Shown here: in pieces, positions 39,990 through 49,151 of the stretch
Layout of the letters: the number at the start of each line of letters is the position of its first letter
Position numbering within the stretch: the first letter of the stretch is position 1
DNA from: Candidatus Poribacteria bacterium
GTDB lineage: Bacteria; Poribacteria; WGA-4E; PCPOR2b
Direction: 5' to 3'
Assembly: GCA_965116925.1 (NCBI GenBank)
Contig: OZ220744.1
Location: 5,504,001-5,568,000, forward strand
DNA: 64,000 bases
The notes under the pieces: model-generated
Told to the model about the DNA's origin: nothing
What the model saw: only the letters and a program-made list of their open reading frames with translations
Databases searched by the model: none
Position numbers and translations under genes: made by a program

Positions 39990-40979
39990 CTACTTCTGAG
40001 ACAGGGTTTGGACCAACCATGGCAGCGACTGTTCTCCTGAAAAGAGGTGTCCGGCCTCAAATTCTTGTAGGGTAATCTGATCACTGGCATTCGCAGCGCG
40101 ATAAATACGCTGCGCCATCTCAAAGGCGGGGTGTACCGGGCGACTCACGTCCGCTGTCCCCCACTCCACAAAGATTGGACGCGGCGCGATAAGCCCCGCG
40201 ATGTCGGGCATCTCACAGAGTTCGCCGATGCCTTTCGGATGGTGACAGATACAGTGCCCAAACCATGAGGTCTGTGCGAAGGTGGTAAAATAGCCGCTTA
40301 ATACCGCTGCTTGAACCCGTTCATCCAGTGCGGCGTGGACGATGCCAAGCCAGCAACCGCCGGATAAACCTGCAATCCCGATTCGATTTTCATCCACCTC
40401 TGGCAGGCTTTGGAGGTAATCCACACCCCGCATCAGGTCATAGACCCGATACCCTGTCAGATCGTATCCGAGATAGTTCAAGCGTCGCCAGAGGAAATCA
40501 CAACCGCCCGACGGGTGAGCGCGTTCGCCCATCCCAGCGTTATCGGGGCACAACGTGATGACGCCCTGCTCTGCGAGATCACGACCGTAAGGGGCACCGA
40601 ACCCTCCATCGCCGGAGATAACGCTCTCTTTACCGCCCGGCACATGTCCGTGGATGCAGAGGACAGCTGGCATCTTCCCCATTGCACTTTTGGGAATTGA
40701 CAGATAAGCGGGAATCGGAGCGTCCTCTCGTGAGTGGTAGATCACTTTGTGAATCGTAATTTTGTCGTTCGATTCGGTGGAGATGATTTGCGGGTTTAGA
40801 GGGAACGCTTCATCCGGGAAGGGTCCAAGCTGCGCTCGCAGTTCGGGGAGCAGTTGGGTTCGCCAATCCCGCCACGCATCAACCGTATTCCCATCGAATG
40901 ATAGACGGGGTTTATGGTTTACAAAATCGTGATCGAGGAGTTCTGCCGATGAAAATTGCATCTCAGATGATGGAGGCAT
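39990..40979 (-). CDS. Alpha/beta hydrolase (dienelactone hydrolase/acetyl esterase-like)
   Basis: CIHGH, GLSGG nucleophile elbow, IAPRP, GH. Confidence 0.85.
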   Translation of the reverse strand: MPPSSEMQFSSAELLDHDFVNHKPRLSFDGNTVDAWRDWRTQLLPELRAQLGPFPDEAFPLNPQIISTESNDKITIHKVIYHSREDAPIPAYLSIPKSAMGKMPAVLCIHGHVPGGKESVISGDGGFGAPYGRDLAEQGVITLCPDNAGMGERAHPSGGCDFLWRRLNYLGYDLTGYRVYDLMRGVDYLQSLPEVDENRIGIAGLSGGCWLGIVHAALDERVQAAVLSGYFTTFAQTSWFGHCICHHPKGIGELCEMPDIAGLIAPRPIFVEWGTADVSRPVHPAFEMAQRIYRAANASDQITLQEFEAGHLFSGEQSLPWLVQTLSQK

Positions 40980-40997
40980 GGTTTAGCTCTCCTGCTA

Positions 40998-43253
40998 TTA
41001 GAGATTCCAGAGGTAAGAGACCTTGAACACGACGACCCTATCGCCTAACTGTAATTCCCCTTCATCGGTGTGCCAATCTTCATTATACGCAAGGAAAATA
41101 TGGCTTTTGGGGCTATATTCCCAACCGAAGAGGGTGCTGACCAGATAGTTTTCTTCGGTCTCGATCTGATTAAAAGCGGTGCGCTCACGTCCGGCTTGTG
41201 CAAACACCCTGAGAAATAGATCTCGTGTAAACAGATAGGTGACGCGCAGAGAACTCGTGAAATAGCGTCCATCAATGACATCCTCTTGGGTCAAGCTTAG
41301 GGCATATCCACTTTCAAGGTCAATCGTGAAATTGCTCTGGGGGCGAATAGTGGTTGAGAGGGAAAGCAGCCGTTGCTTCCCTACCGCCTGCCGTGAGAAA
41401 TTGAAGTAATTTCCTATTCCTCCATCCAAGCCGACCGAAACGGGTCGCGACGTGTTTGTTAAGAGGGATAATTCATATCCGTCTGTCGTAAATATCTCCG
41501 TCAGTTCAACCTCCCGACTGCGTCCATAAGATACGCCAATCCCTTCCCAGAAAGATTCGGTAGGGCGCCAGTCTGCCCCAGCGTTGAAGTTCCAACTGAT
41601 TGAATCCTCGTCAAATTCCGGTGAAAGGGTCAGATCTGGATTATTCTGTTCCCAATCGTCAAAATATGTATTGGTGAATAGATCCTGGGAAACCTTGCCA
41701 CGAACCTGGAAAGCAGCCCGATGTGGTCCGAACCGAGGAATATAGGTTCCCATGAAATTCATTTGCTGCCAACCTCGATATCTCTCTTTGCGAAGGAATC
41801 CTGTCTCATTCGCTTCAAATAGGGGATCGATTCGTTCTAGTCGCACTCTGGTATTCCAGAGGTAATTGCTTTGAGCGAGTTCAACGAGGTACGCTCTATT
41901 CTTTGCATTTTCGTTGGGATTCCCTATATCTTCACTGGGATTAAAACTCATCGCATATTGTCCCGATAACCGATAGGTTTTCAGAAAGAACAGATCTGTG
42001 TCGAATCCGCCCACTCGACCGTAGCCATCTTCCGCATCAAGGTGCTCTTTGTTGGCGAAGATCAGTCCAACAGTGGAACGTTGCAGGATATCTTTCTTCA
42101 GCCTGACAGTCGAATATAACGCTTCCTCCTTGGATTCTGATTCTTGACCAATTTCCAGTGCCCCGAAACTGCCCGTTTGACTTCCGAGGATACCGAGAGA
42201 ATAACTGCCGATCTTGCCGGTCATTTTGCCACCCCAGAGGATGTCCCCCTCTCTGCCGATCCGCCGACTATAAAAGAGTTCCAGCGGTGTTTCAAAAAAG
42301 CTGTTTCCTTCAACAAAGAAAGGACGTCGCTCCGGAAAACGGGTCGGGAAACGGGTCAGGTTGATCTCCAACTGATCCGCCTCTACTTGTGCGAAATCCG
42401 GGTTGACAGTGACATTTGTCTTGAGTGTGCTGGTCAGGTTATACTGAACATCAAGCCCTGTCCCCAATTGACCATCAAGTGATTCCTTGTCGGACACCCC
42501 ACCCAGAAGATAGGGCGAGATTTCAAACGGTTTAGCCCCGCCAATATCCTTTAGTCCGACCATAAGCCCTAAGTCGGACATCCGCGTGGTCGCCCCGGCT
42601 TGGGTCATCTGCTTCCAAACGGTGACCTCATTTTTTCGCCGATGCACCCGTTCAACGTCAAAGCCCCACACCTGCTCCGACTTATCGGGGAAGCGGAAAT
42701 TTGCGAACGGGATCTTGAATTCAGCAACCCACCCCTGTTCATCAATACCTGTTTCTAACCACCAGATGCCTCTCCAACTGGAGTCAGATCGGATGTCGTC
42801 GAAACGGTACGCATCGCTCTGGACGCCGCCGGGGGTGGTCGCAAACTTATAGCCGGTGCGATGGTCATGGTGTGGGTCCATAAAAAAGGATATGACGTCT
42901 GAGTCGTAGATGTTCCCACCGCGCCGCACAATGCGGTTGACAACTTTATCAGGTTCGGCATCATAACACCGAAAGGCGACGTAGAGGTGGTGCGGGTCGT
43001 AAGCGATGTAAAACGCCGTATCATCGGTGGCGGGTTTGCCCCGATCTGGCACGAGTTGAATGAAGCCGCTTATCGGTTTTGCCTTTTGCCACGCGGGATC
43101 GTCGAGTTTTCCGTCGATCTTCGGAGCGGGAACGTCCCGATTCACGGGATAGGCTTCTACAACGTACTTTGCCGATCCAGATTCGTGTGCACACAAAGTC
43201 CCGGCAAAAAGGATGAGAAGGACAACAACATTAACGAAGATCCATTTGGGCAT
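40998..43253 (-). CDS. CBM9-like + DUF5916 outer-membrane protein
   Basis: Signal peptide, PKIDGKLDD.AW, W.AEFKIPF, TVNPDFAQVEAD, PERRPFF.EG, FYSRRIG. Confidence 0.85.
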   Translation of the reverse strand: MPKWIFVNVVVLLILFAGTLCAHESGSAKYVVEAYPVNRDVPAPKIDGKLDDPAWQKAKPISGFIQLVPDRGKPATDDTAFYIAYDPHHLYVAFRCYDAEPDKVVNRIVRRGGNIYDSDVISFFMDPHHDHRTGYKFATTPGGVQSDAYRFDDIRSDSSWRGIWWLETGIDEQGWVAEFKIPFANFRFPDKSEQVWGFDVERVHRRKNEVTVWKQMTQAGATTRMSDLGLMVGLKDIGGAKPFEISPYLLGGVSDKESLDGQLGTGLDVQYNLTSTLKTNVTVNPDFAQVEADQLEINLTRFPTRFPERRPFFVEGNSFFETPLELFYSRRIGREGDILWGGKMTGKIGSYSLGILGSQTGSFGALEIGQESESKEEALYSTVRLKKDILQRSTVGLIFANKEHLDAEDGYGRVGGFDTDLFFLKTYRLSGQYAMSFNPSEDIGNPNENAKNRAYLVELAQSNYLWNTRVRLERIDPLFEANETGFLRKERYRGWQQMNFMGTYIPRFGPHRAAFQVRGKVSQDLFTNTYFDDWEQNNPDLTLSPEFDEDSISWNFNAGADWRPTESFWEGIGVSYGRSREVELTEIFTTDGYELSLLTNTSRPVSVGLDGGIGNYFNFSRQAVGKQRLLSLSTTIRPQSNFTIDLESGYALSLTQEDVIDGRYFTSSLRVTYLFTRDLFLRVFAQAGRERTAFNQIETEENYLVSTLFGWEYSPKSHIFLAYNEDWHTDEGELQLGDRVVVFKVSYLWNL

Positions 43254-43363
43254 TAATCACGCTCCTTATAGCGTATTTTAGACTGCAGCTTTACTGTTTC
43301 CAATATCAGAATTCCTATTTATGGTAGATTTTAGAATTAATGAGACACCTTCGATGCACAGCC

Positions 43364-43395
43364 AACCCCCTAAATCCCCCTTATCAGGGGGACTT
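43364..43395. repeat. REP-like copy (see 28524)
   Basis: aaccccctaaatcccccttatcagggggactt. Confidence 0.75.
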
Positions 43396-43486
43396 TGGAA
43401 ACTTCGCTAGGGACGGAATTATTGGTAAATGTCTACTTATTTCTCTAATTCACCCTAGATTATACTAAAGTTAGTATAATTTTTCA

Positions 43487-43732
43487 GTAGGTTGGGTTGA
43501 ACGGTACACAAGCAAACGGTAGCATGATAAAGACAACCAACGGTTTCAGACAGATACCAATGCACAGAACACCATAGAGAAACCCAACACACGGCAACGC
43601 CTGACCTGACACCGCCTCTTAGGAAGTTGGGTTTCGCTGATATTCGTGGCACTGCGGGCAACCACCAAAGTTGAGAACATCTTTGATCGAAACCGAAGGT
43701 ATTTCTTCAGGAATCCGCTCAACCCAACCTAC
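43487..43732. mobile_element. REPIN/MITE-like non-autonomous element
   Basis: 17/18-bp terminal IR gtaggttgggttga(a/g)cgg; inner IR gaaacccaac (43578) / gttgggtttc (43626). Confidence 0.6.
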
Positions 43733-43859
43733 GATGTGCGGTTATTTTTCTCTTAGTTCCCCTTTGGTAGCAAACTCACAGAAAAATATCAAAGGATTTG
43801 ACAATTCAGCATCAAGCCAGCTTAAATCGGCCAAACTTTAGTAGATTATACAAACACAT

Positions 43860-44945
43860 TTAAAGCCGATAGAATTCCCTCGCATTTTCGGACAGAATCT
43901 TGCGTGCCAGTGACGTGGGTAGCTTTGCGGGGAAAGCCTCTTCGGGGGAATCGAAGTGCCAGTGGGGATAGTCTGTTGAAAACATCAGAAAGTCGTCCGA
44001 GTCGAGTTGACCGATAATCTGAAGCAGTTGCTCCGCAGTTGGCGGTCCATCAATTGGCTGGAGCGTCATGCGCATGTGTTCTCGGATATATGCCGACGGT
44101 AGCCGTTTGACCCACGGGGTAAGATGTCGCAGCCCACGCCACTCCTTGTCAAACCGCCACATGAGCGATGGCATCCATGTGAACCCCGCTTCGATGAGTG
44201 CCACCCGCAGGGATGGGAACTTGTCAAAAACTCCCTCTGATACTAGACTCAGCACCTGTGCCTGAAACACCTGCGACATACCAACATATTCCTCCAGATA
44301 GGTTGAGGGCCAACCGACCGATGTCGGTGGAAGCCCCGGTGCTCCGCCGTAATGGACCCCAACTACCAGATCATGGCGCACCGCAGCGGTGTAGATCGGG
44401 TGATAGCGTCGATTGCCATAAGGTGCCTGTGAACGCACCGGCAGCATCACCTGCACAAAGCCCGGATGCTCCCCTAGACGCTCAATTTCTTTGGCTGCGA
44501 GTTGAGGGTTTTGGCTCGGTACAATCAATGATCCCCGCAGGCGCGGTTCAGGGTCAAGCCAATGTTCGATCTGCCAATCATTGACCGCCGAGGCGAGTGC
44601 CGCCGCTAAGTCCTCGTTGTGTACGCTCTGTACGCGATAGGCGCAGGTCAGTATGCCGTACTCGATTCCCCAAGGGTCAAGTGCGTGTTCGCGTAGCAGT
44701 GCCAGATCCGATTGGGGACGATCCTCTGACGGTTCCGTGATTTCGGGTCGCGTTGAAGTTGGTGCGCCCTCTGGATAGTCGTTCGCATCGGGACCGAAAA
44801 AGCCGGATTCTTCGCAGTGATCGCACCAGTAGTCCGGCAGATACGGGTAGAGCATTTCAAGTGACGGGGTTCGGTTGTGGAGGTCACAGTCAATTACGGG
44901 TAACCCCGCTGCCACGACATTCGGTTTTCCATTCTCCATTCCCAT
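43860..44945 (-). CDS. Amidohydrolase_2 family protein
   Basis: IDCDLH, NDWQ..WL, GVHYG, IEAG, FSTDYPHW. Confidence 0.9.
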   Translation of the reverse strand: MGMENGKPNVVAAGLPVIDCDLHNRTPSLEMLYPYLPDYWCDHCEESGFFGPDANDYPEGAPTSTRPEITEPSEDRPQSDLALLREHALDPWGIEYGILTCAYRVQSVHNEDLAAALASAVNDWQIEHWLDPEPRLRGSLIVPSQNPQLAAKEIERLGEHPGFVQVMLPVRSQAPYGNRRYHPIYTAAVRHDLVVGVHYGGAPGLPPTSVGWPSTYLEEYVGMSQVFQAQVLSLVSEGVFDKFPSLRVALIEAGFTWMPSLMWRFDKEWRGLRHLTPWVKRLPSAYIREHMRMTLQPIDGPPTAEQLLQIIGQLDSDDFLMFSTDYPHWHFDSPEEAFPAKLPTSLARKILSENAREFYRL

Positions 44946-45180
44946 TTCTTTCGCTCTTTTCGCTGTACGCCCATGTTAAGACTTTAGTGCAAAGAAACCG
45001 AGTTTTCAAGAAAAAACTCGGTTTCTCTTTAGATGTTCAAACATTTTTAGGATACCAGTTTGCGCCTTGTTTGTCAACATGAAATGGGGGTTGAATCTAC
45101 GGCTGATATGGCAGGTCTGATGCGAGGTCATCAGCGAATAATCTGCGGTATTATTGAGCTCCATTCGCAGCGGAAAAGTG

Positions 45181-45209
45181 TTGACGGTTCTCTCAGATTT
45201 TGCTATTCT
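45181..45209 (+). promoter_or_regulatory. Candidate sigma70 promoter
   Basis: TTGACG-17nt-TATTCT with TG extension. Confidence 0.55.
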
Positions 45210-45293
45210 ATACTTCGCTACAAAGAGACACCGAAATGGCTAACGGTTCTATATGCCACATAATCTATCAACGAACAATTGTAGAGATGAGTA

Positions 45294-46979
45294 ATGGTCC
45301 CCATTGAGGCAGAAATCGAATATCTGCGCCAGAGGGCGCGAATTCCGGTGCAGGTACGGCAGCAACTCGATCAGATGGTATCGGAAATAGAGCGGCTTCG
45401 GGCAGCGGGTGAACTCGGTGATGATACCGATGGAATACTTAGTCACTGGTTCGACGAACTCGTGGCAGGACGACTCACTGAGAAACAGGCGCGAGCGATT
45501 CCGGGTCAGCTGGTGGCTGCCAGAGATCTGATGCTATCCGCATTTGCCGAGATGGAACGAGCACCAGAGGTTGATAAGGACAACCTTTACAATTTGCTTG
45601 CCTTCGTTTTCAAATCGAGCGACATTGAAGGGGTTGCTCAACTCGTTATTCAAGTGTATCAGATTGGACTTAGGATCGATATAGACCAGATTCAGGCATT
45701 CCTGAATCCCTTCCTCCATCGGAATTCAATCGACGAAATCATACGCCGCTTGGATAAGCTTGGACAGTGGATGACGCAGTTTGAAGGTCGGAACTATGAG
45801 GGTGTGATGTTCACCCCGGTGGTGACCCGTTATTTGGCAGAACACTCAGATTTTGATGCAGCCCTAGCAGAGTTTGATCGGCTCCGAACGGAAACGTTGA
45901 AAGGGCGATTCCTGCTGGACAACGAACTCCAGAGAGATCTGGAATTCCTCCGGTTCGCTCACTTGGAAGCAAATCTCAATGGAGGACGAAGGGGCAGCGA
46001 CGAGCAGTACGCTGCCTTCAAGGCACTACCGGTGCTGCCGTCAGCTTGCCAAGAGACAGTCGAACTGAGTGAGGAGCATCTCGCCCAAGCGAAGCGTTAC
46101 GGCTATCAAGCTGCGTGTTTCCTGCAATTTCTCAGATACTTCAGAGATAAGACATCAAGGCCAATCGTGGTGGTTGGGAATGATCGCTATGGCAGACAGT
46201 GGGTTGTTGAACCGCTTCAGGACTATCTGAAGGACGATTTCACGCTCCGGTATGACCGCGTTCGATCCCACACGTCGTTTAGGCTCAGGGTGCCTCACGA
46301 GGTGGAGGGTAAGGTGCGGACAGGCTTTCCCCAAGATTTCGTCAGGGAGTTGAGTGAGAATATGCCGCACGTGGTTATCGTTGATGCTCGTAATCCAGTT
46401 AGGGGACCTGGCATGATGAAGATGTCGCGAGGGGCACGCGACTATGTGAACTGGTTTATGGTCTTTAACGACATCCGGGCGGAGGGCGATATCTCCAAGT
46501 ATGAACATGAGGGTGCGGTGCCCCACCTACCGGAGCTAAGGAAGTGGTACGAATTTGACCTCGTGAGGCGATTGATAAAGCCGTGGGTGAAACCTGGCTC
46601 AACGTACAAGATTACCCACTGGGCACCGGAGTTGAAGGAGTACGTGATGCTTGGGGATTTCGCTATGCGGGCAGAGCATCCCGACCCGTCGAGCGATAAG
46701 CCGCAGGTTGTCATGTCGAATGCCGACATTTATAGAACTGAGGGCGATGGCCTCTACGAGACGCTTCAGGGTACGCAGCCGTACTACTTCGATGGACCGG
46801 AGAAGTATGTGAAAGAAACAGTGGAATTCGGATTTGGGGAGTATGGATTGGAGACCCGCGTGAAAGGGTCTACAACTGATGAATTCGTTGCAAGGGTACA
46901 ACAGGAGATCACTGCCGAAGTCGGGAGGCTATTGCAAAGCAACGCAGTGCCCGCAGACGGGGTAATAGAACGACCATAG
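45294..46979 (+). CDS. Hypothetical protein: helical N-terminus, possible PRTase-like C-terminal domain
   Basis: 561-aa ORF; PIVVVGNDRYG and PHVVIVD strands. Confidence 0.6.
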   Translation: MVPIEAEIEYLRQRARIPVQVRQQLDQMVSEIERLRAAGELGDDTDGILSHWFDELVAGRLTEKQARAIPGQLVAARDLMLSAFAEMERAPEVDKDNLYNLLAFVFKSSDIEGVAQLVIQVYQIGLRIDIDQIQAFLNPFLHRNSIDEIIRRLDKLGQWMTQFEGRNYEGVMFTPVVTRYLAEHSDFDAALAEFDRLRTETLKGRFLLDNELQRDLEFLRFAHLEANLNGGRRGSDEQYAAFKALPVLPSACQETVELSEEHLAQAKRYGYQAACFLQFLRYFRDKTSRPIVVVGNDRYGRQWVVEPLQDYLKDDFTLRYDRVRSHTSFRLRVPHEVEGKVRTGFPQDFVRELSENMPHVVIVDARNPVRGPGMMKMSRGARDYVNWFMVFNDIRAEGDISKYEHEGAVPHLPELRKWYEFDLVRRLIKPWVKPGSTYKITHWAPELKEYVMLGDFAMRAEHPDPSSDKPQVVMSNADIYRTEGDGLYETLQGTQPYYFDGPEKYVKETVEFGFGEYGLETRVKGSTTDEFVARVQQEITAEVGRLLQSNAVPADGVIERP

Positions 46980-47043
46980 TTTTGAGAATAGCACGAGCGA
47001 TAACCCTAAACATAGTAATCGCACCGGTTTTTCCTGCAACGAT

Positions 47044-47072
47044 TTGCTTATTTTGGTGCGGTTCGGTATAAT
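47044..47072 (+). promoter_or_regulatory. Candidate sigma70 promoter for dehydrogenase operon
   Basis: TTGCTT-17nt-TATAAT. Confidence 0.55.
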
Positions 47073-47177
47073 AGGAGATTGCATGATGCCAAGCCGCATA
47101 ATTTGTAGCGCAGAATATTTACATTAATAGCGTGTCGTAATACACATTACAACTTATTAACTCTAGGAGACCTACTT

Positions 47178-48158
47178 ATGGACCTGTCACCTGAATTAGG
47201 TAAGAAGATGTACAGAGATATGTGGCGTATCCGGCTCTTTGAGGAAGAGGCGAATCGCCAGACAAGTCTCGGTTCCGTGGTCGGTGCACTTCACATGTAC
47301 TGTGGGGAGGAAGCGGTCGCCGTTGGTGTCTGTGGCAACCTCCGAGACGACGATTATGTTCTCGGTACACACCGCAGCCACGGTCACTGTTTAGCCAAAG
47401 GTGCTGAATCACACCGTATGATGGCAGAACTTTTTGGCAAAGCCACGGGGACGTGCGCTGGAAAAGGTGGTTCGATGCACATCGCTGATTTTTCTCTCAA
47501 CATGCTCGGTGCCAACGGCATTGTCGGTGCCGGTATTGCGCCCGCCACCGGTGCTGCGCTCGCCAGCAAGTTGCGTGGAACAGATCAGGTATCGGTGTGT
47601 TTCTTTGGCGATGGTGCGGCTGCACGCGGTACTTTCCACGAAGGGATTGGACTTGGGGCTTTGTGGAAACTTCCTGTTATCTATGTCTGCGAGAACAACC
47701 AGTACCAGCAGTGGGTGCCTCGCATGAATGTGGCGGTGCTCGATTCGGTCGCTGATATGGCGGGATCTTATGCGATCCCCGGTGTGTCCGTCAATGGTCA
47801 GGATCTCGTAGAGGTCTACGAGGTTGCCGGTGAGGCAGTCGCACGCGCTCGCAGAGGCGAGGGACCAACGTTGATTGAAGCACGAACCTACCGCTTCTAT
47901 GGACACAGTTTGGGAGACGAGGAGCAGTATCGATCCTCCAAAGAGGTTGAAGAGATGAGGACGAACCATGACCCAATCGCCACCTTCCGATCGACGATGA
48001 TGGATCAGGGATGGTTGACCGAAGAGGAGGACACGCAAATCCAGAACGAGGTTAAAGATGAGATTGCCGAGGCGGTCAGATTTGCCGATGAGAGTCCGTT
48101 CCCGACGCCTGATAACGTCACCACGGATGTGCTCGCCCCTGAGCAGGAGGTAGCATAA
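47178..48158 (+). CDS. TPP-dependent dehydrogenase E1 alpha (acetoin/pyruvate type)
   Basis: THRSHGH, GKGGSMH, FFGDGA..ENNQY, TYRFYGHS. Confidence 0.93.
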   Translation: MDLSPELGKKMYRDMWRIRLFEEEANRQTSLGSVVGALHMYCGEEAVAVGVCGNLRDDDYVLGTHRSHGHCLAKGAESHRMMAELFGKATGTCAGKGGSMHIADFSLNMLGANGIVGAGIAPATGAALASKLRGTDQVSVCFFGDGAAARGTFHEGIGLGALWKLPVIYVCENNQYQQWVPRMNVAVLDSVADMAGSYAIPGVSVNGQDLVEVYEVAGEAVARARRGEGPTLIEARTYRFYGHSLGDEEQYRSSKEVEEMRTNHDPIATFRSTMMDQGWLTEEEDTQIQNEVKDEIAEAVRFADESPFPTPDNVTTDVLAPEQEVA

Positions 48159-49129
48159 TGAGAGAACTAACTTTCAGTGAGGCATTACGAGAAGCACTGC
48201 ACGAGGAGATGGAACGTGATGAGACGATATTCGTCATCGGCGAAGATGTCATTACGCACGGTGGACCTTACAAGGTAACGGATGGCATTGCGGAACGTTT
48301 CCCGGAACGGATTTTCGAGACGCCGATCGCAGAGGCGGGGATTATGGGTGTAGGGGTCGGTGCCGCTATGGCGGGGATGAACCCTGTGGTCGAGATCATG
48401 TACATGGATTTCGTGACCTGCGCCATGGACGAAGTGGTCAATCAAGCGGCAAAGATGCGCTACATGACGGGCGGTCAAGCGAGTGTGCCGATGGTCATTC
48501 GCCTACCGTGTGGCGTCGGTCGGTTGCTAGCGGCGCAGCATTCGCAGATCATGGAATCGTGGTTTATGCACGTTCCGGGGTTACAGGTTGTCGTGCCTTC
48601 GACACCCGGCGACGCCAAGGGGTTGCTCAAATCCGCAATACGCAGCCCTGACCCGGTGCTGTTTTTCGAGTACAAACGGATCTATACCTCTAGGGGTGAA
48701 GTACCGGATGGGGATCATACCATACCCCTCGGTCAAGCTAAGATCTATCGTGAGGGAGAGGATGCAACTGTCGTTGCCATTGGTCCGATGGTACAGAAGT
48801 CGCTGGAAGCAGCCGTACTGTTAGAGGACGACGGCTATGATGTTGAGGTTGTAGACGCAAGGAGCCTGTCACCGTTGGATACCGAGACGATTTGTGAGTC
48901 GGTAAGCCGGACGGGTCATGCCGTCGTCTGCGGGGAGGACTCTAGCTTTGCTGGGGCGGCCTCCGAGATAGCAGCGATGATCGGTGAAAACTGTTTCAGA
49001 GACCTCAAGGGACCAGTCGTTCGGGTTGGGAGCCCACATGTGCCAATGCCGTTCAGTTCGGAACTGGTCAAGCATGTTGTGCCTGAGGTTCCTGATATCA
49101 CTGAAGCGGTTAGTCGCGTAATGACCTAG
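48158..49129 (+). CDS. Dehydrogenase E1 beta subunit
   Basis: IGEDV, TPIAEAG, NQAAKMRYM, AAQHSQ, PSTP.DAKGLL. Confidence 0.93.
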   Translation: MRELTFSEALREALHEEMERDETIFVIGEDVITHGGPYKVTDGIAERFPERIFETPIAEAGIMGVGVGAAMAGMNPVVEIMYMDFVTCAMDEVVNQAAKMRYMTGGQASVPMVIRLPCGVGRLLAAQHSQIMESWFMHVPGLQVVVPSTPGDAKGLLKSAIRSPDPVLFFEYKRIYTSRGEVPDGDHTIPLGQAKIYREGEDATVVAIGPMVQKSLEAAVLLEDDGYDVEVVDARSLSPLDTETICESVSRTGHAVVCGEDSSFAGAASEIAAMIGENCFRDLKGPVVRVGSPHVPMPFSSELVKHVVPEVPDITEAVSRVMT

Positions 49130-49151
49130 TACGAGGAGAAAGGGAGAATTC

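Noticed and set aside
43455..43661. 68-aa Cys-rich ORF
   Set aside because: Lies within the REPIN-like element, with no RBS or motif
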